Notes under the pieces: generated by a model | The model's input: only the letters and a program-made list of their open reading frames with translations | The model's database searches: none | What the model was told of the DNA's origin: nothing | In this document: positions 62,244 through 64,000 of the stretch, piece after piece | Numbering within the stretch: the first letter of the stretch is position 1 | How the letters are laid out: each line of letters begins with the position of its first letter | Translations under genes and position numbers: made by a program | Source: Octopus sinensis | Lineage: Eukaryota | Reading direction: 5' to 3' | Length of the DNA: 64,000 nt | Assembly (NCBI RefSeq): GCF_006345805.1 | Contig: NC_042998.1 | Location: 40,858,001-40,922,000, forward strand

Positions 62244-64000
62244 ATGTATCAGTCTGCCAGAAGGGAAGCCAGGAGACAGGTCTATCTAGCCAGAGGGGAA
62301 GCAGAGAAGGAAAAATTTGCCAATGTCCTGCGTCGTGAGGATGAAAGACTTGAGGTGTTTCGTGTTGCAAGACAGTGTGTGAGAGAGAATCGTGACGTGG
62401 TAGGAGAGAAATGTGTTCGCAAGGAGGACGGTTCACTTGCACTTAATGAGGGTGCAAAGAGAGAGACTTGGAGACGCCACTATGATAGGTTGCTGAATGA
62501 AGAAAATGAATGGGATAAAGAGAGTCTGCCGAATGTCGACCCAACAGAGGGACCAGCAATCCGAGTTAACAGTTCCTTAGTAGATAAGGCAATTAGAAGC
62601 ATGAAAACAGGGAAAGCCCCAGGCCCATCAGGAATTACTGCAGAGATGCTCAAAATATCTGGTGGTGTCGGCTATAGCTTAGTCACCCGTATAGTTAACC
62701 AGGTGATACACGAGGGGGTCATACCCAATGACTGGTGTAGCAGCATAATAGTCAACTGCTACAAAGGTAAAGGCGACGCCCTAGAGACAAATAACTACAG
62801 GGGCATCAAGCTGCTGGATCAGGTAATGAAGGTTACGGAGAGGGTTGTAGCCGAACTAATTAGAGAGAGAGTTACCTTAGATGATATGCAGTTTGGGTTC
62901 GTGCCAGGGAAAAGTACTACTGATGCTATATTCCTGGTAAGACAGCTGCAGGAGAAATACCTAGCCAAAGATAAGCCCTTGTACCTGGCTTTTGTTGACT
63001 TGGAGAAAGCCTTTGACAGGGTCCCCTGGTCCCTTATCTGGTGGTCAATGAGGAAACTAGGGATAGAAGAATGGTTGGTGAGAGCTGTGCAAGCCATGTA
63101 CAGAGACGCTGCTAGTAAGGTGAGGGTGGGCAACGAGTACAGTGAAGAATTCCGGGTAGAGGTTGGGGTCCACCAAGGTTCAGTCCTCAGTCCCCTCCTA
63201 TTTATCATAGTCCTCCAGGCAATAACGGAGGAATTCAAGACAGGTTGCCCCTGGGAGCTCCTCTATGCTGATGACCTTGCTCTAATTGCTGAGTCACTAT
63301 CAGAACTGGAGGAGAAGTTCCAGGTGTGGAAACAAGGATTAGAATCGAAGGGCCTTAGAATCAACCTAGCCAAAACCAAAGTTCTAATAAGTAGGAAGGT
63401 AGATCAATCACAAACGCCTTCAGGTAGATGGCCCTGCTCGATCTGTAAAAAAGGTGTAGGTAGAAACTCTATAAGATGCACCAAGTGTAAGCTATGGACA
63501 CATAAGAGGTGCAGCAATGTCAAAGGAAGGCTAACTAGGAAAATAGTTTTTGTCTGTGGCAAATGCTCAGGAGCAATAAACACTGGAAATATGCAGAGAC
63601 CAACTTCTGCCACGTTCCAGGGAGACAAACTAGAAGTAGTTGATAGCTTCCGCTACCTAGGAGACCAAGTCAGTAGCGGGGGTGGGTGTGCTGAAAGTGT
63701 AACTGCTAGAGTAAGAATAGCCTGGGCAAAGTTTAGAGAGCTCTTACCCCTGCTGGTGACAAAAGGCCTCTCGCTCAGAGTAAAAGGCAGACTGTATGAT
63801 GCATGTGTACGTACAGCCATGCTACATGGTAGTGAAACATGGGCCGTGACTGCTGAGGATATGCGTAAGCTCGCAAGAAATGAAGCCAGTATGCTCCGAT
63901 GGATGTGTAATGTCAGTGTTCATAATCGTCAGAGTGTAAGTTCCTTGAGAGAAAAGCTGAACCTAAGAAGCGTCAGTTGTGGCGTGCAAGAGAGACGGCT
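62244..64000 (+). CDS. RTE-clade LINE ORF, 5'-truncated, open for 585 codons to the window end; RT with an embedded PHD-type zinc finger
   Basis: Hand translation from ATG 62244 finds no stop: MYQSARREARRQVYLAR...GKAPGPSGITAEMLK...NYRGIKLL...QFGFVPGKSTTDAIF...FVDLEKAFDRVP...GVHQGSVLSPLLF...YADD (63264-63275)...KTKVL [C-x2-C...C-x2-C...H-x2-C...C-x2-C, 63435-63566] LEVVDSFRYLG...LHGSETW. Absent from the ORF track because no stop lies in the window. Confidence 0.95.
   Translation, partial: MYQSARREARRQVYLARGEAEKEKFANVLRREDERLEVFRVARQCVRENRDVVGEKCVRKEDGSLALNEGAKRETWRRHYDRLLNEENEWDKESLPNVDPTEGPAIRVNSSLVDKAIRSMKTGKAPGPSGITAEMLKISGGVGYSLVTRIVNQVIHEGVIPNDWCSSIIVNCYKGKGDALETNNYRGIKLLDQVMKVTERVVAELIRERVTLDDMQFGFVPGKSTTDAIFLVRQLQEKYLAKDKPLYLAFVDLEKAFDRVPWSLIWWSMRKLGIEEWLVRAVQAMYRDAASKVRVGNEYSEEFRVEVGVHQGSVLSPLLFIIVLQAITEEFKTGCPWELLYADDLALIAESLSELEEKFQVWKQGLESKGLRINLAKTKVLISRKVDQSQTPSGRWPCSICKKGVGRNSIRCTKCKLWTHKRCSNVKGRLTRKIVFVCGKCSGAINTGNMQRPTSATFQGDKLEVVDSFRYLGDQVSSGGGCAESVTARVRIAWAKFRELLPLLVTKGLSLRVKGRLYDACVRTAMLHGSETWAVTAEDMRKLARNEASMLRWMCNVSVHNRQSVSSLREKLNLRSVSCGVQERR

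Noticed and set aside
62206-63628. Minus-strand ORFs 62206-62442, 62819-63238 and 63404-63628
   Set aside because: Antisense shadows of the RTE ORF on the + strand.
1-64000. CRISPR arrays, rRNA, prokaryotic or viral genes
   Set aside because: No regularly spaced repeat-spacer arrays, no rRNA-like sequence and no dense ORF blocks; the content is eukaryotic intron/TE DNA.

Overview
AT-rich eukaryotic genomic DNA. The repeat families (tRNA-derived SINEs, an RTE LINE with a (GAT)n tail, abundant TA/CA microsatellites) point to an octopod cephalopod; this is inferred from repeat content only. The only host-gene coding sequence I can support is the 5' end of a dystrophin-like gene on the + strand. 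A candidate first coding exon (26497-26539, MAALINRVYVRKTK, phase 1) sits in a CpG-enriched promoter-like zone. After a ~31.2 kb intron comes a 62-nt exon (57715-57776, DEREDIQKKTFTKWINSQLSK, start of the CH1 actin-binding domain) with the same length and phases as vertebrate DMD exon 2. The rest is intronic or intergenic DNA packed with transposon remains: a CR1-type LINE with one frameshift, an uninterrupted RTE LINE ORF with a PHD-type finger inside its RT domain (runs off the window end), a Penelope-like RT/GIY-YIG relic, a Gypsy relic with PPT and 157-bp LTR, three Tc1/mariner elements, a pogo/Tigger relic, piggyBac-type MITEs and many SINEs, several nested. The most unusual object is a ~440-bp palindrome (1977-2417) made of two head-to-head copies of a tRNA-headed SINE-like unit, each carrying a Penelope-type minimal hammerhead ribozyme motif. 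Nearly all short ORFs in the supplied track are microsatellite or antisense artefacts. All alignments and translations were done by eye; boundaries of eroded elements are approximate.
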